A stretch of DNA of 62,668 bases, counting the filler, from Globobulimina sp. (Eukaryota): the NCBI GenBank assembly GCA_003354225.1. It is 16 parts of 16 records of this genome, joined end to end, with 100 filler letters (N's around TTAATTAATTAA, not from the genome) between each part and the next. Parts side by side here need not be neighbours in the genome. Positions count along the whole stretch, not along the records: positions 23,554 to 27,377 come from PIVH01002036.1; positions 27,478 to 31,301 come from PIVH01002037.1; positions 31,402 to 35,224 come from PIVH01002038.1; positions 35,325 to 39,147 come from PIVH01002039.1; 12 more parts are not named here. One strand, given 5' to 3'. Below are positions 23,758 to 35,421 of this stretch, piece by piece. The notes beneath the pieces are model-generated. The model made no database searches, was not told the DNA's origin, and saw only the letters and a list, made by a program, of their open reading frames with translations. Made by a program: the position numbers and the translations under genes. The number at the start of each line of letters is the position of its first letter. Position 1 is the stretch's first letter.

Positions 23758-25307
23758 TTAGTTATCATTTAATTTCCCCCATGTCCATGGATTATTATTT
23801 GTATTTTGACTATTTCCCCATTGATTATTGTTTATATTATTCGTATTATTGTTGTTTGCATGGTCGGTATTATTATTCTTGTCATTATCAAATGAACCAA
23901 AACTAAATCCACCACCATCATTATTGTTATTTCCAAATGAACCAAAATTAAATGCTCCCCCACCTCCATTATTAGTGCTATTGTTATCATTATTATTATT
24001 GTGATTATTATGGTTATGGTTATGGTTATTGGTATTTGCACCAAAATTACCATTTCCATTATCAAAAAAACCGAATGATTGATTATTATTTTTATTATTC
24101 ACATTGCTTTCTTTTATTTCATCCTTTTCTTCTTCTGCTTCCTCCTTAAAATTGGCCTGCTGTTTTCCCACTTTTTGTGCTTTAATGGTTAAGCAATTAT
24201 GAATATAGGTATCATTAATCCGGTCTTTTTTGAATAAATAAATATTTCCATTGCAACCAACAGAAAGCAATGATGTGGCTGAAGCATTCCATTTTATTTT
24301 TGAGATAGAATTATTATAAATTTGTTTTGATTCAAAAATAAGATTCCATTCAAACTTATTTTCATTCACAGACATTGTAATAATCCGTACAAAGCCATCA
24401 GAACATCCACAAGCAATCAAATGGTATTTCCTCGCAATGTGGTTGGACCAACAAATGCTATCAACGTCAAACTCGTTGTTATTCGAGGAGACAATATTTA
24501 TTTTTTGTATTTCATTCCAGCGCTTATTAAAATTATTATGGTTCGAAGTATATCCAAAGATAAATATTTTATTCTTATTTGCGCCGACACAAAATGATGT
24601 AAATTCAAATTGATTTTTATTCCATGAAATACAAAATATTTTCGTATTTTTATTCAATTGAATGTCTAATAAATTATTATTATTATTGCCAGAAACAATG
24701 TTTTTGTGTTTAAATGGTGTTTGAATGTTTGCATTGATTACAATCTGTTGAGATAACATCCATTCCGATGTGCTATTTGCATCGCGCACTTCCATGATTT
24801 TAACAATTCCATCTTTGCAAACAACGGCTAACTTTAAACCTAAATGATAGGGAAGGAATTCGCAACAAATTATGTCCATAACTTCGCCAAAAAATGATTG
24901 AAGAACAAATTCAAATGCAATTAATGCATTATTCTCATCATTTAAACATAACTCGAAAATATTTATCATTTTATCAACAGAATATGTCGCAAATATTGAT
25001 CCAAATAATGGATGAGCCCAACAAATATCTATTATTCTTGATTTGTGTCTGTGCTCTTTGATTTGTTGAGTTTCAATCCATTCATCTATATATAACATAA
25101 TATATATATTAGTATTTGTAATTTTATGTGGAGTGCAAGGATTTAACTGTTCATCAGTTTAAATATTTTAATGACTTGATCACCGCAGATTGTCGCTAGC
25201 ATTCGACCATGGCAATCGTAGGATATATTATGGATCACATCATGGTGTGTTAATTGCACAATGTTTGTGGTTGATTGGTGTGGTAACCGCAAAAATGTTG
25301 ACTCCAT
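23758..25307 (-). CDS. SEH1: Nucleoporin Seh1-like WD40 protein with Asn/FG-rich tail
   Basis: Exon 1 (25307-25148) HHDVIHNISYDCHGRMLATICGDQVIKIF, intron 25147-25086, then WAHPLFGSIFATYSVD, FLPYHLGLKLA and YHLIACGCSDG. Confidence 0.85.
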
Positions 25308-25354
25308 CTTGTTCTATGATAAAGTTTTTGATCTTAACTTACTTTGCTTGCAAC

Positions 25355-26494
25355 ATGTCAAAGCACATCCGTTTGATAACGCTGATATTTCATTGTGATT
25401 ACAGAATTTGGGTGTTGTTGTTAATATTATCAACGGTGATGGTTCCATTTATATTATTCAACGTCTACAACATTCCTTCGAACAAAAACATAGATACTGC
25501 AATAAGTATATTTATGATAGAAAATAATGAAAATGATGAAGATAAGTGTTTGTACAATAATGATGCAATAATTGTAGTGATAATAAGTTGTGGCCGATGG
25601 CAGCAATTATCAGAAACAATTGAATCATTTGAAATGTACAATACATTCAAATGCATAAAACGTAAAATTGTAATGGATGACTGTGGAGATATAACTGGAC
25701 AAAATAAAATGCGTAAAAAGTATCATAAACGGTATAACTATGCATTTTACACTACCACAACACCGAGAAACGCTACTTATTCACAAGTGGATGTACGGAC
25801 AATATTATCCATTTACGAAGCAATTACAAAATATGGCAACGGCGCTAAATATGTATTCCAAATAGAAGAAGATTGGAGATTTTACCGATATGGATTCATT
25901 GAGGATTCATTATCAATTTTAAAGTCGCATCAAAGTAAACTGCGTTATGAGCATTATCATAATCCATTGATTCCATTCAGTGATCTACAGCGAATATCTA
26001 TGGTTAATTTAAGGAATAAACAAATACATAAACCATATTTAAAAAGCAGTGAATTTTGTGGAGGAACGGCGTACGCAAATTATTATAGTCATAAATGGTA
26101 CAATGTGACATTTAAAAAGAATTCGAATCAGCATTTAAAATATTTGTTATTTAAAGAGAATGAAAATGATATTTGTTGGAGACATTGGTCTGCTAATCCT
26201 GGTTTAAAATATATTCCTGTTTTAATAAAGAATATTGAAAAATGTATCACTGAGTTTAAGGATCATCCTTTAGGATCAATGGAGCATTGCGTGTCATGCA
26301 AATATAAGCGGAATTCCTTCATAATGGCATCGACAATCCACAGGAATGGATATGTTGGGCATATGGGCGGTCACTCGCATGTAAACACGCAAAGATTTAT
26401 CGATACGAAAAGAAGACTAGTAATTAATGAACTGATTCAAATAAATGATAAATACGCAATCGATACAAGTAATTGTACCTATGTTCAATTGTAG
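25355..26494 (+). CDS. Type II membrane GT-A/GT2-like glycosyltransferase
   Basis: N-terminal TM, VIISCGR..L..TIESF, IVMDDCG and YVFQIEEDWRF. Start moved to ATG 25355 because 25190-25307 overlaps SEH1 exon 1. Confidence 0.75.
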   Translation: MSKHIRLITLIFHCDYRIWVLLLILSTVMVPFILFNVYNIPSNKNIDTAISIFMIENNENDEDKCLYNNDAIIVVIISCGRWQQLSETIESFEMYNTFKCIKRKIVMDDCGDITGQNKMRKKYHKRYNYAFYTTTTPRNATYSQVDVRTILSIYEAITKYGNGAKYVFQIEEDWRFYRYGFIEDSLSILKSHQSKLRYEHYHNPLIPFSDLQRISMVNLRNKQIHKPYLKSSEFCGGTAYANYYSHKWYNVTFKKNSNQHLKYLLFKENENDICWRHWSANPGLKYIPVLIKNIEKCITEFKDHPLGSMEHCVSCKYKRNSFIMASTIHRNGYVGHMGGHSHVNTQRFIDTKRRLVINELIQINDKYAIDTSNCTYVQL

Positions 26495-26612
26495 GAACTT
26501 CTGCCATCCAATTGATGACTTTTTCTCACTTTCAGCAGCTACATGATTAATGATCGAGTTTTTATCATAATTAAAGTTTACAGTTTTCGCATATTGCTCA
26601 ATTTCTTAAACA

Positions 26613-27377
26613 ATGGTAACAGAATCAAGATTCTCCTCCGAATCATCATTGCAAAAAAAAGATGGAAAACAATCCTCCGGCATATACAGGTATTGTACAT
26701 TGTTTCCACCATCATTCTAACAAAAATTGACAACAAACTCAAATCAACAGTACGGCATTCAACTTAGCAAACCTTATCCTTGGCGTAGGTGCATTGGCGA
26801 TGCCGCAAGCATTTTCTCAAAGTGGAATTATAAGTGGTTTGATTTTACTCGGATTAATGTGCATTTGTGGTCATTATACATCCATCTTAGTGGTCAAATG
26901 TGCAAATAAAGTTGGTGTGGATTCTTATGAATCACTAACTGAAAAAATCTTAGGATCTCCAGGATATTTATTTTTTTGCACGCTCTGCGTATTCACAAAT
27001 GTTGGAGCAGCAGTTAAGACAAATAATTTTCTGTTTCATTTTATTCATCAGCAATTTGCATAACAATTGATTGGTTTTTTTTGCTATCCAGATGTGTTAC
27101 ATTATGTTTATCAAACAATGCACACAACTTTCCAATGACAATCTGATTTTATTATGTTCAGTCGTGATCCTCCCATTATGTTTCGTAAAAGATTGGGAAT
27201 CATTAAGTATTCTATCTAAAATCAAAACATTTGTGTATGGGATGATTGTTTTATTTGTGGTGGTCAGAGCCTCTGTCGACCCATATACACAAAGCACAAT
27301 CGCAAACCCATTGTACCGATTTGTGGATAGCAGACAGACCTGGTTTTCAATGGACATTTTGGAGAGCATTGGTACAT
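26613..27377 (+). CDS. AAAP/SLC38-family amino acid transporter, 3'-partial
   Basis: After intron 26690-26750: STAFNLANLILGVGALAMPQAF, SYESL and ILPLCF. Confidence 0.88.
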
Positions 27378-27477
27378 NNNNNNNNNNNNNNNNNNNNNNN
27401 NNNNNNNNNNNNNNNNNNNNNTTAATTAATTAANNNNNNNNNNNNNNNNNNNNNNNNNNNNNNNNNNNNNNNNNNNN

Positions 27478-30400
27478 TACACGACGTTGACTGCGATGAT
27501 ACATTCATTGATAACAAATTATTTACAGCAAATAGTCAATCTGAGGATGTTATAATGCCTCAAATACAACGAAGTGAAAGTGAAGAAGTGCAAATTAATG
27601 AATCAAAATCAGACGACATTGACTGTGATATTTGTGCTCATAAATTGGACGATATCCATTTGTGCTGCGCAGTATGTCATAAAAAGCATCATCTGAAATG
27701 TTCAAAGATCACCAAAGGCGAAGAAGTATTTATTGATTCATTCGTATGTAAACCATGTACAACACGCACAGCACGGACGAGCTATAAATGCGACATTCCG
27801 GACTGTCCGTGCTTTGATAAAACATATAAATATCTTGGCGTATTCATTAAACATTTTATACGCCATTACGAGTCCCACAGCGACAGTTGTTTTAAATCAG
27901 TATTCAATTATTTGCAATGTAATGGTCCCCAATGTCGCCGAATCATTAAATCTAACTCAAATAATAATATGTGCTCATTATGTTATAATAATTTCATATT
28001 CAAATCAGTAAACCACTGCGACGACTATGGTCGGCCACAAATAAATGATGCAATGGCGCTTTCCGATGAAAAGGAAGATGTTACGGAGTCAAATATGATG
28101 GCAAATGACCGTGGAGCTATAGACGAGGAGCAATTATTAGAAGAAGTCGCCAAATTAAATATCTATAAAACTGAAAACTTTCCGACAAAGCACATTGTAC
28201 AAATTGGCCAGCTATTTACAGCCATTTTGCATCAATGTAATAATACAAAAACACAAAAAGATCTCCTGCCTTGGATTAAATTTTTTATGTTGTTCAAAAT
28301 CTTCCGACAGAAATCACTTCGGTCAGGAAAGAAACATTTAGCTCGAATTGATGCGACATTCAAACGCAAATTAAATATGTGGAAAGAAGGTCAATTCATT
28401 GAGTTATGGAACGAAACAAAAAGAAACCAAATTAAATTGGAGGAAAACATGGAAAGTAAATTAAACAAAGAAAGTGACGCAAAGCGAATTGAGAAATACA
28501 AATTAAATAAATGTGAAAAATATTTGCGTTTAGGATACATAAAGCGAGCAAACGACGTATTAAAAAGTCACGGCGTTGCAGCCCTGACCGACGAGAATAA
28601 ACTTAAATTAATTTCAAAACTCAAACCTGGCAAACCTTTGAAGAGAATCAAGTCACTTCGGACAGTCAAATTAGTAACAAACGAGCTGAGATTAAACACA
28701 TTATTTACGAAATTAAATAAATTGGCATCTGGAGGTATCAATATATTAAACGTGAAAGTCATTCAACAATTATGGACGATCCGTAGTGTCATCAAAATCA
28801 CTGCGCCGTTAATAAAATTTCTTAATTTAATTATGAACGGTGACTGCCCCGACTTTATATGTCCATATTTCTGGGGCGTCCGAGAGATATTACTCAATAA
28901 ACCAATTAAAAAAGACGCCCCCGCTGATACTAAGCCAGATATTCGACCCATTGGTATTTCAGATATGTTTGGTCGGTTAGCGGAGTCTGAGGCGGTTAAA
29001 ATAAATAAAACAGAGTTACATCGAAATATTGACCCGGCCCAAATTGGTATTGGTGTCAAGCGTGGAGCCGAAGCCATGATTGATATGCATCGCCGCGCGA
29101 GTTTTTTTATGCAAAATTCAAACCGCTACAAACCTGCTATGAATCCCATCTCCGATGAATTTGCGGATAACGTTTCTGATTCGAATCCGGATAATTATAG
29201 TTTGTTGCAGACGGATATAGAAAATTGCTTTAACTCAATGAATAACGAAGAAGTGCTAAAATTATACGCCAAACACGCACCAAATCTATACCCATTGATG
29301 TACAGTATGTATAAAAATCCGACTAAAATCTTTTTAGCAGACGGCACAGTTTTATACCATCGTAATGGTGGCATTCAAGGCAGAATCACGTCGGGATACA
29401 GTTTGGCTTTGATCCAACGTGAAATCGAAGAGAAAGTCAAAGAAAAATGTACCGCATTGTTAAATAATTACAAAGTCAAAGGTAGAGCATATTATATCGA
29501 TGATAATGGACAACTGGCAAAGAATGTATTTAATTTGACTTATTTGCGAGTATACAATCAAACCGCACTGAAATTCGGATTGAATTTAAAGGATAACAAA
29601 ACACAATTAATTATCGGCAAATCATTGGATGAATTATATGACTCTATTTTAGCTGATATCGACTTTGTAAATGCATTACACATTCCGGGTGCCGACAAAG
29701 TGGACTTTTCCAATCTGAAAATTTTGGAGAATGGATCTTTCGAAGTAATGGGAGTCCGAATAGGCTCTAAATCGGATGTTGATACATTTATGTTCGATAA
29801 AATTACAAAATGGTTGAAAAACCTCAAATTAATTCAGAAACTCAAATCCGTTCATCATCAATATCTCCTCATATCCAATTTTTACAATATAAACAAAATA
29901 AATTATCTAGCCAGAAATCTATCGTTTTTAGGTGTAAATAAATGGCAACTTATGTTCGATGAGATATTTATTGGGATTCACAACAAAATTATTGGTGAAT
30001 CCATGTCCGATATCACTACAAAACATGCAAGCATTTCATGCAAACGAGGTGGTCTAAGCATGCGCACAATTAACCAATTCCAAAGCGCGGCATTCTTATC
30101 TTGTAACTTAAATGTTGGCACAGTGCTGAAGTCATTATTAGACGACGATATTATTACATTTACAAACAAATTTATGTCAAATATGCAAGAATTGGCTTTA
30201 AGTGATTACAACGCCAAAGTTTTGCCGCAATTTGCGATTGATTTAGAAAATAATAATGTCAGATACACACAGTCAGATTTATTAGATCGCATTGATAAGA
30301 CATATCTGTGCGAACTTTATTTGATGTATGATTCGCGAGGAAAAGCAATATTGAAATCAATCTCGAACTGGAAATGCGATTCGTGGCTGAAAGTAAACCC

Positions 30401-31301
30401 ATCGGTTGGCTTCGGCGTCGATTTCGACAACATCCAATTCCGTATTCTTATTAAAAGGCGTTTAAATATGCCGATAATGAAAGAAAATGCCAACTGCTTG
30501 CTATGTACAGCAGAACTGGATGTGTTTGGCGACCATGGCTTAAATTGCGCCTTCGGCCACGGCAGAATTGGTAGACACAACGCAATTGCTTGTGCTGTCA
30601 TGGATATATGCAAAGGAGCTGGATTTAAATGCGATTTAGAGCTCAACGGATTGGTCGAGGAATCATCTAAAAAACCGGCCGACGTTATGGTATACAAACT
30701 CTTTCCGAATCACGACGGTGCATTGGACATAGGAATAACAAACATTGTCAGTGAAATTGGCACAAATAATAGAGATAGAAATTTGATAAAATGCGCAGAA
30801 AATAGATTAGTTTGCGCTGATTCATATTATGCCATCAAAACAAGAAAATACCAAGCAATCATTGAAAACAATAATTTAAACTACAAATACAAACCACTCA
30901 TATTTGAATGTATGGGAGGCGTTAACTACGAAAGTAGGCAAACGCTGAATTATATCATTGATGCAAAATGTGAAGATAAGAATTTAGACAAGAATCAACA
31001 GAAATGTTTCATTTATCGAAAGTTATTAGGAAAATTGCAAAAGGAAAACGCCATCGCTATCTTAGAACATTATGCGCCTTATTTTTATTTTAACGACGAA
31101 CAATAAAGTGATTTCTATTTAAAAATTGCCTCATCTTTGTTTTTTATGATTGCTCGGATTGGTTATGTTTGCTTTTGTTTGTTTGTTGTTTTTCTTGTAT
31201 GTGTTGTCTGACAAATCTTATGATGCACTGTCACATAACAATCTTTTGATTATTTATTAAGTTAATGTCCGAGCACTTGTGTGCCTTTTTGGGAAAAAAA
31301 A
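27478..31301 (+). mobile_element. CRE-clade-like non-LTR retrotransposon (single ORF: PHD, C2H2, RT, restriction-like endonuclease), 5'-truncated by the contig edge
   Basis: Intronless ORF open from 27480 to 31106. RT motifs IRPIGI, QIGIG...GAE, DIENCFNS, QG and YIDD. CxxC..D.FGDH...C..RHN, KPAD..ALD, K..KY and PLIFE. About 190-nt 3' UTR ending in A8. Confidence 0.9.
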
Positions 31302-31401
31302 NNNNNNNNNNNNNNNNNNNNNNNNNNNNNNNNNNNNNNNNNNNNTTAATTAATTAANNNNNNNNNNNNNNNNNNNNNNNNNNNNNNNNNNNNNNNNNNN
31401 N

Positions 31402-31572
31402 ATATCTGTTATCTGCAACTAATTGTAATTGGACTGCCCAGTCTCTTGCTTGTAACCATGATTTTAATGCGACTGCCATTGGATATTCGTTTTTTGTGAT
31501 AGACTCGATATTTATAAGTTCCATGGCTAATGCAACAACGTCGTCTGTTTTGGATATCATTTCGAAAGACAT
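31402..31572 (-). CDS. M20 peptidase / ArgE-DapE-like N-terminus, 3'-partial
   Basis: VVALAMELINIESITKNE..MA..L..WL...W.V pattern. Confidence 0.7.
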
Positions 31573-31630
31573 TGTTTTGATGTCAAGTGTGTTTAGTGTT
31601 GAAGTTTTTTAATTTCAATATTTATTCATT

Positions 31631-32588
31631 TTATTTTTTATCAATCCACATAAAATCAAGAATCTCTCTTGTCTTTTGTTTGTCAAATTGATAATATAAA
31701 TGTGTTTCATTAAATATTCGCAACATTCCATAACCATAAGGGCTTTCCAACACAGTACCATTTCTATATACAGTCCATTCCGGCGCTGGTTTAACAAATT
31801 CTCCATTTATCCAATTGTACAGAACCCATATCGCCAAAGATAGCAAAGTTATATCCATCTATTCCAATGTTAGCAATCTGCGGATTGGCTCGGAATGAAT
31901 GAAATGAATGAATATCACTTAAACTGTGATTACCATCACCAACAATATAATAATAATTTGTGTTTGGTATTAAATGAGTCATTAAGGCATAATGTATGCG
32001 TCCTTTCCATCCATTAAACATACCTTGCATATATGTGGTTGCATTGCCAATTCTTATTTGATCATTCATAATGTTGTCAATATTGTTGCTGTAATATACA
32101 ACAGAAGCAATTGTTTCAAAGTTTGTAATCCATATAACCATCATTGAATTCGTTATATTTAAAGCCAAACTCAAATGTATTTGTTCTGGAATTGGTGAAA
32201 ATATAACGTCACCCAAATTATTATCGATATCATATAGACTTAGGTTGTATTTTGATATTTCATATCGAAAAAAATAATTAATAAAAGATGTAAAATTCAT
32301 ATTTTGATCTTGATCGAATGGATCTATATCTTTTGTTGCTGATTTTAATAACCAGTGATTGATTGTTTTTAACAGCATAGCATCTTCATTTTGAGTGCTA
32401 ACATCATCTGTATCTGCCATTTGTATTCGTAACATATTACTATATTCTGTCGAATGTATATCACCGTTTGAATTTGAAACAAATACATCAAATATAAGTC
32501 TCCATAGCGACAATTTTTGCTTTATATCAATGATATCACTTAATACACATAGCATTAATATAAAAAGCAACAACAACAAACGCTTCAT
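31631..32588 (-). pseudogene. Purple acid phosphatase with the catalytic core missing
   Basis: PEQIHLSL, IHYALMTHL.PNT.YYY.VG and FAIFGDMG, followed at once in another frame by the C-terminal P.PEWTVYR...YGYGMLRIFNETHLYYQF. Confidence 0.75.
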
Positions 32589-32671
32589 GTTCTATAAAAA
32601 ACAGTTTTTTTTAGAACTAAAGATAATAAATAAACAATCCAGAGTACTTCAGATCATTGTGAAGTACAATA

Positions 32672-34907
32672 ATGCCAGAAGAACTTAAGCTTGCCGGCGC
32701 CGAAGACGCTGAAGAACTTTCCGATGACGAAGGTGGAGGTGGTTGTGCATGTTGTGGATGTACTGGAAAAAGTGACCTTGATGAGCTTGAAGCGAGGCCA
32801 CAGTTAACAGGTAAAGATGAGAAGCATTATATGAGATCGTGGCATGATTCTATGGTATTTTGTCTTGACTGTATTTCGGACATATAACACATGCACATTT
32901 GATACATATATAATATCCAATATAGACATTAAAAGAGAAAAAGAAATTAGCTGCAAAAAACAAACACGCTGAATGTTGGTTTTGTAAATGTTGTGGTATA
33001 TTTGGTGCATGGTCAGGATTACAATGTTGCTGTTGTGCGTTTGGCAAAAATGAGCCATTGCTATCAATCAACGAAGACAGACACTGTTGGTATTCTATAA
33101 CATGCATAAAATAGACAAACAAATAGAAATATATACATGTGATACAATACCAACCATAAAACAATAAAACAGGCACCGACGTACCGTGTTGCGTATTATT
33201 TTTAGTTGGTTTGGCAGTGCAATTTTTATTATTTATGCTATCAGTCCAATCGTATGGTGCTGATCCTCGACGGTACGCAAAATTTAAATTGTTCCTACTT
33301 CCTAAATAAAAATACGATCCCTATAATTCCTTCAAACAAAAAAAAGGTTATTATTCTATGCAGATTGGGAGGGAAATTTATGTGCTCCATCATTCCCAAA
33401 CTCATCCTATGAATTCAGTACAAATACCACAATCGCTGGTAATTTCGCAGCGTGGCCTGATATTCGAATGTTCGCCATTAGAATTTGCGTGGAGTCCTGC
33501 AATGACACGGTATTGGATAGTCGTATAGTTACACCATCGCTAGATTCGGATGTGAATTTTGATGTTGATGTTAGAAATGGTAGTTTTACGGTGGATATTT
33601 CTGGTTATAGAACAAGAGAGATCTTCAATGCATTTTGTATCCCTGATCCAAACGCAACGGCTGAAGTTATATCAGCTGTATTGGATAATGACTATGAACA
33701 GTTCCGATCCACTTTTGATTCGGTATCAGACAAAGTATCTCTTGCTGTTAACGATGTAACCACAGCGAGCCCTCTTTTATTTATTATATGGTATACAGTA
33801 TACAGTATATTCATGCACTCTGTTTCTGTGTTCTATGTTTCTATGTTTCTGTGTTTCTAAGTTTCTTAACTTTCTTTGTTCTGAAAATCCACAAAAACAT
33901 TTGAATTTTTTGTATACTGTACATATACTCATTATGCATATATACATAGTTCCATTTCAGCGTTGATTGTATCAATGTTATGGGGAGCCTGTATCCGAAA
34001 GTTTGGCAGTATCATTGTTTGGGGTTCAATATTTTTTACCATCGCCGGACTGTTTTTAATGTCGTACTACTTGATAGAATACAGTAAGTTTGCATATTTG
34101 TTCGGTTACTATACAATTGGAGATGTAATGTATTATTCCGGTGTAACTATCGGTGTCGCGGATTGCATGTTTGCTTTGGCGATATGTTTCATGTGGAAAC
34201 GGATACTTTTGGCCATAGCAATGGCTAAGGAAACGACCAGAGCATTGACTGATGTGTGGACCTTATTTTTCTATCCCATTGTTCCTTTTGCTTTTTTTGT
34301 GGCGTATATGGTGTATTGGATGGTAACGGGCGTATTTATAGCTTCTGTGCAGCAGGAAACAGTGGAACCATTTCCATTGGGATATACTATGCCGTATTAC
34401 GACGACGGGCCTACATTACAAAATAAATTAAATTTGCCAGCTGAAAACGCAGAATATGTCATCATGGAATCGGACCCTTTTTGGCAGAATATTTGTTTGT
34501 ATCACTTTTTTATATTGCTATGGGTGGTTAACTTCATATCGTACCATACCTTTATGGTTATTGCCGGGGTGTATGCTGAGTGGTATTTTACTGATTGGAA
34601 GGACGAAAAAGAAACAGTTAAATGGCGAGGCAGAGATACTGAAGTTCTGATGATTGGAGGTCGAGTGGTTGAGAATGAAAAGGAATTAAAAAAAGTTAAA
34701 GAAGAAATCAAAGCCATTCACAAATCAGGCACTGATCAGATGGGCGATAATCAACCGAAGGAGGAATTGGTTCATATATCGAAGTTGTCGCGTTGTCCGA
34801 CACTAAATTCGTTTTGGAGGGTCACCTTTTATCATACTGGAACCATAGCATTTGCATCATTGTTGATTGCCATTGTCGAGTTTATAGAATATACTCTGAC
34901 TTATTAC
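32672..34907 (+). CDS. Choline transporter-like (CTL/SLC44) protein, spliced, 3' end replaced by foreign sequence
   Basis: TDVPCC motif, KRILLAIAMAKE, LWVVNF...VIAG....WYF and YHTGTIAFASLLIAIV. Confidence 0.88.
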
Positions 34908-35224
34908 GGTGATTTGTATCCTGATTGGGAAACTTATAAATATCCCAAAGCTGGTGAGGATAATTCAATAGTTGAGATATTCATCTATGATCTAGCCACA
35001 GGTACCACAACTAAAGTAGACATCGGTGAGGAAACTGATCAATATATACCAGGAATAAAATGGACGAATAATCCGGAATTACTTGCAGTTCAGAGACTCA
35101 ATAGATTACAAAACCACCTTGATGTTCTTCTTGTGGACGCACCATCCGGCGAAAGCCGAATAATGTACACCGAAGATAATGATTACTATATCGACATCAC
35201 CGAAAATCTGATTTTCTTGCCTGA
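34887..35224 (+). other. Fragment of a bacterial-type dipeptidyl peptidase IV (S9B) N-terminal domain
   Basis: LYP....YKYPKAGEDNS, DQYIPGIKWT, QRLNRLQNHLD and YTEDNDYYIDI. Confidence 0.8.
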
Positions 35225-35421
35225 NNNNNNNNNNNNNNNNNNNNNNNNNNNNNNNNNNNNNNNNNNNNTTAATTAATTAANNNNNNNNNNNNNNNNNNNN
35301 NNNNNNNNNNNNNNNNNNNNNNNNAATTAACTTGTGATTTGCGATGACCGTTGATTATGAATTGCAGCTGCAATTCTATCACACCCAAAGCCAAATAATG
35401 ATTTCCAGGGGTTTCTGAGCG

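Noticed and set aside
25190-25354. N-terminal extension of the glycosyltransferase
   Set aside because: Non-ATG start, and it lies antisense to SEH1 exon 1.
33963-35276. Novel transporter-peptidase fusion protein
   Set aside because: Both halves are truncated and the junction is near a contig end. A chimera is more parsimonious.
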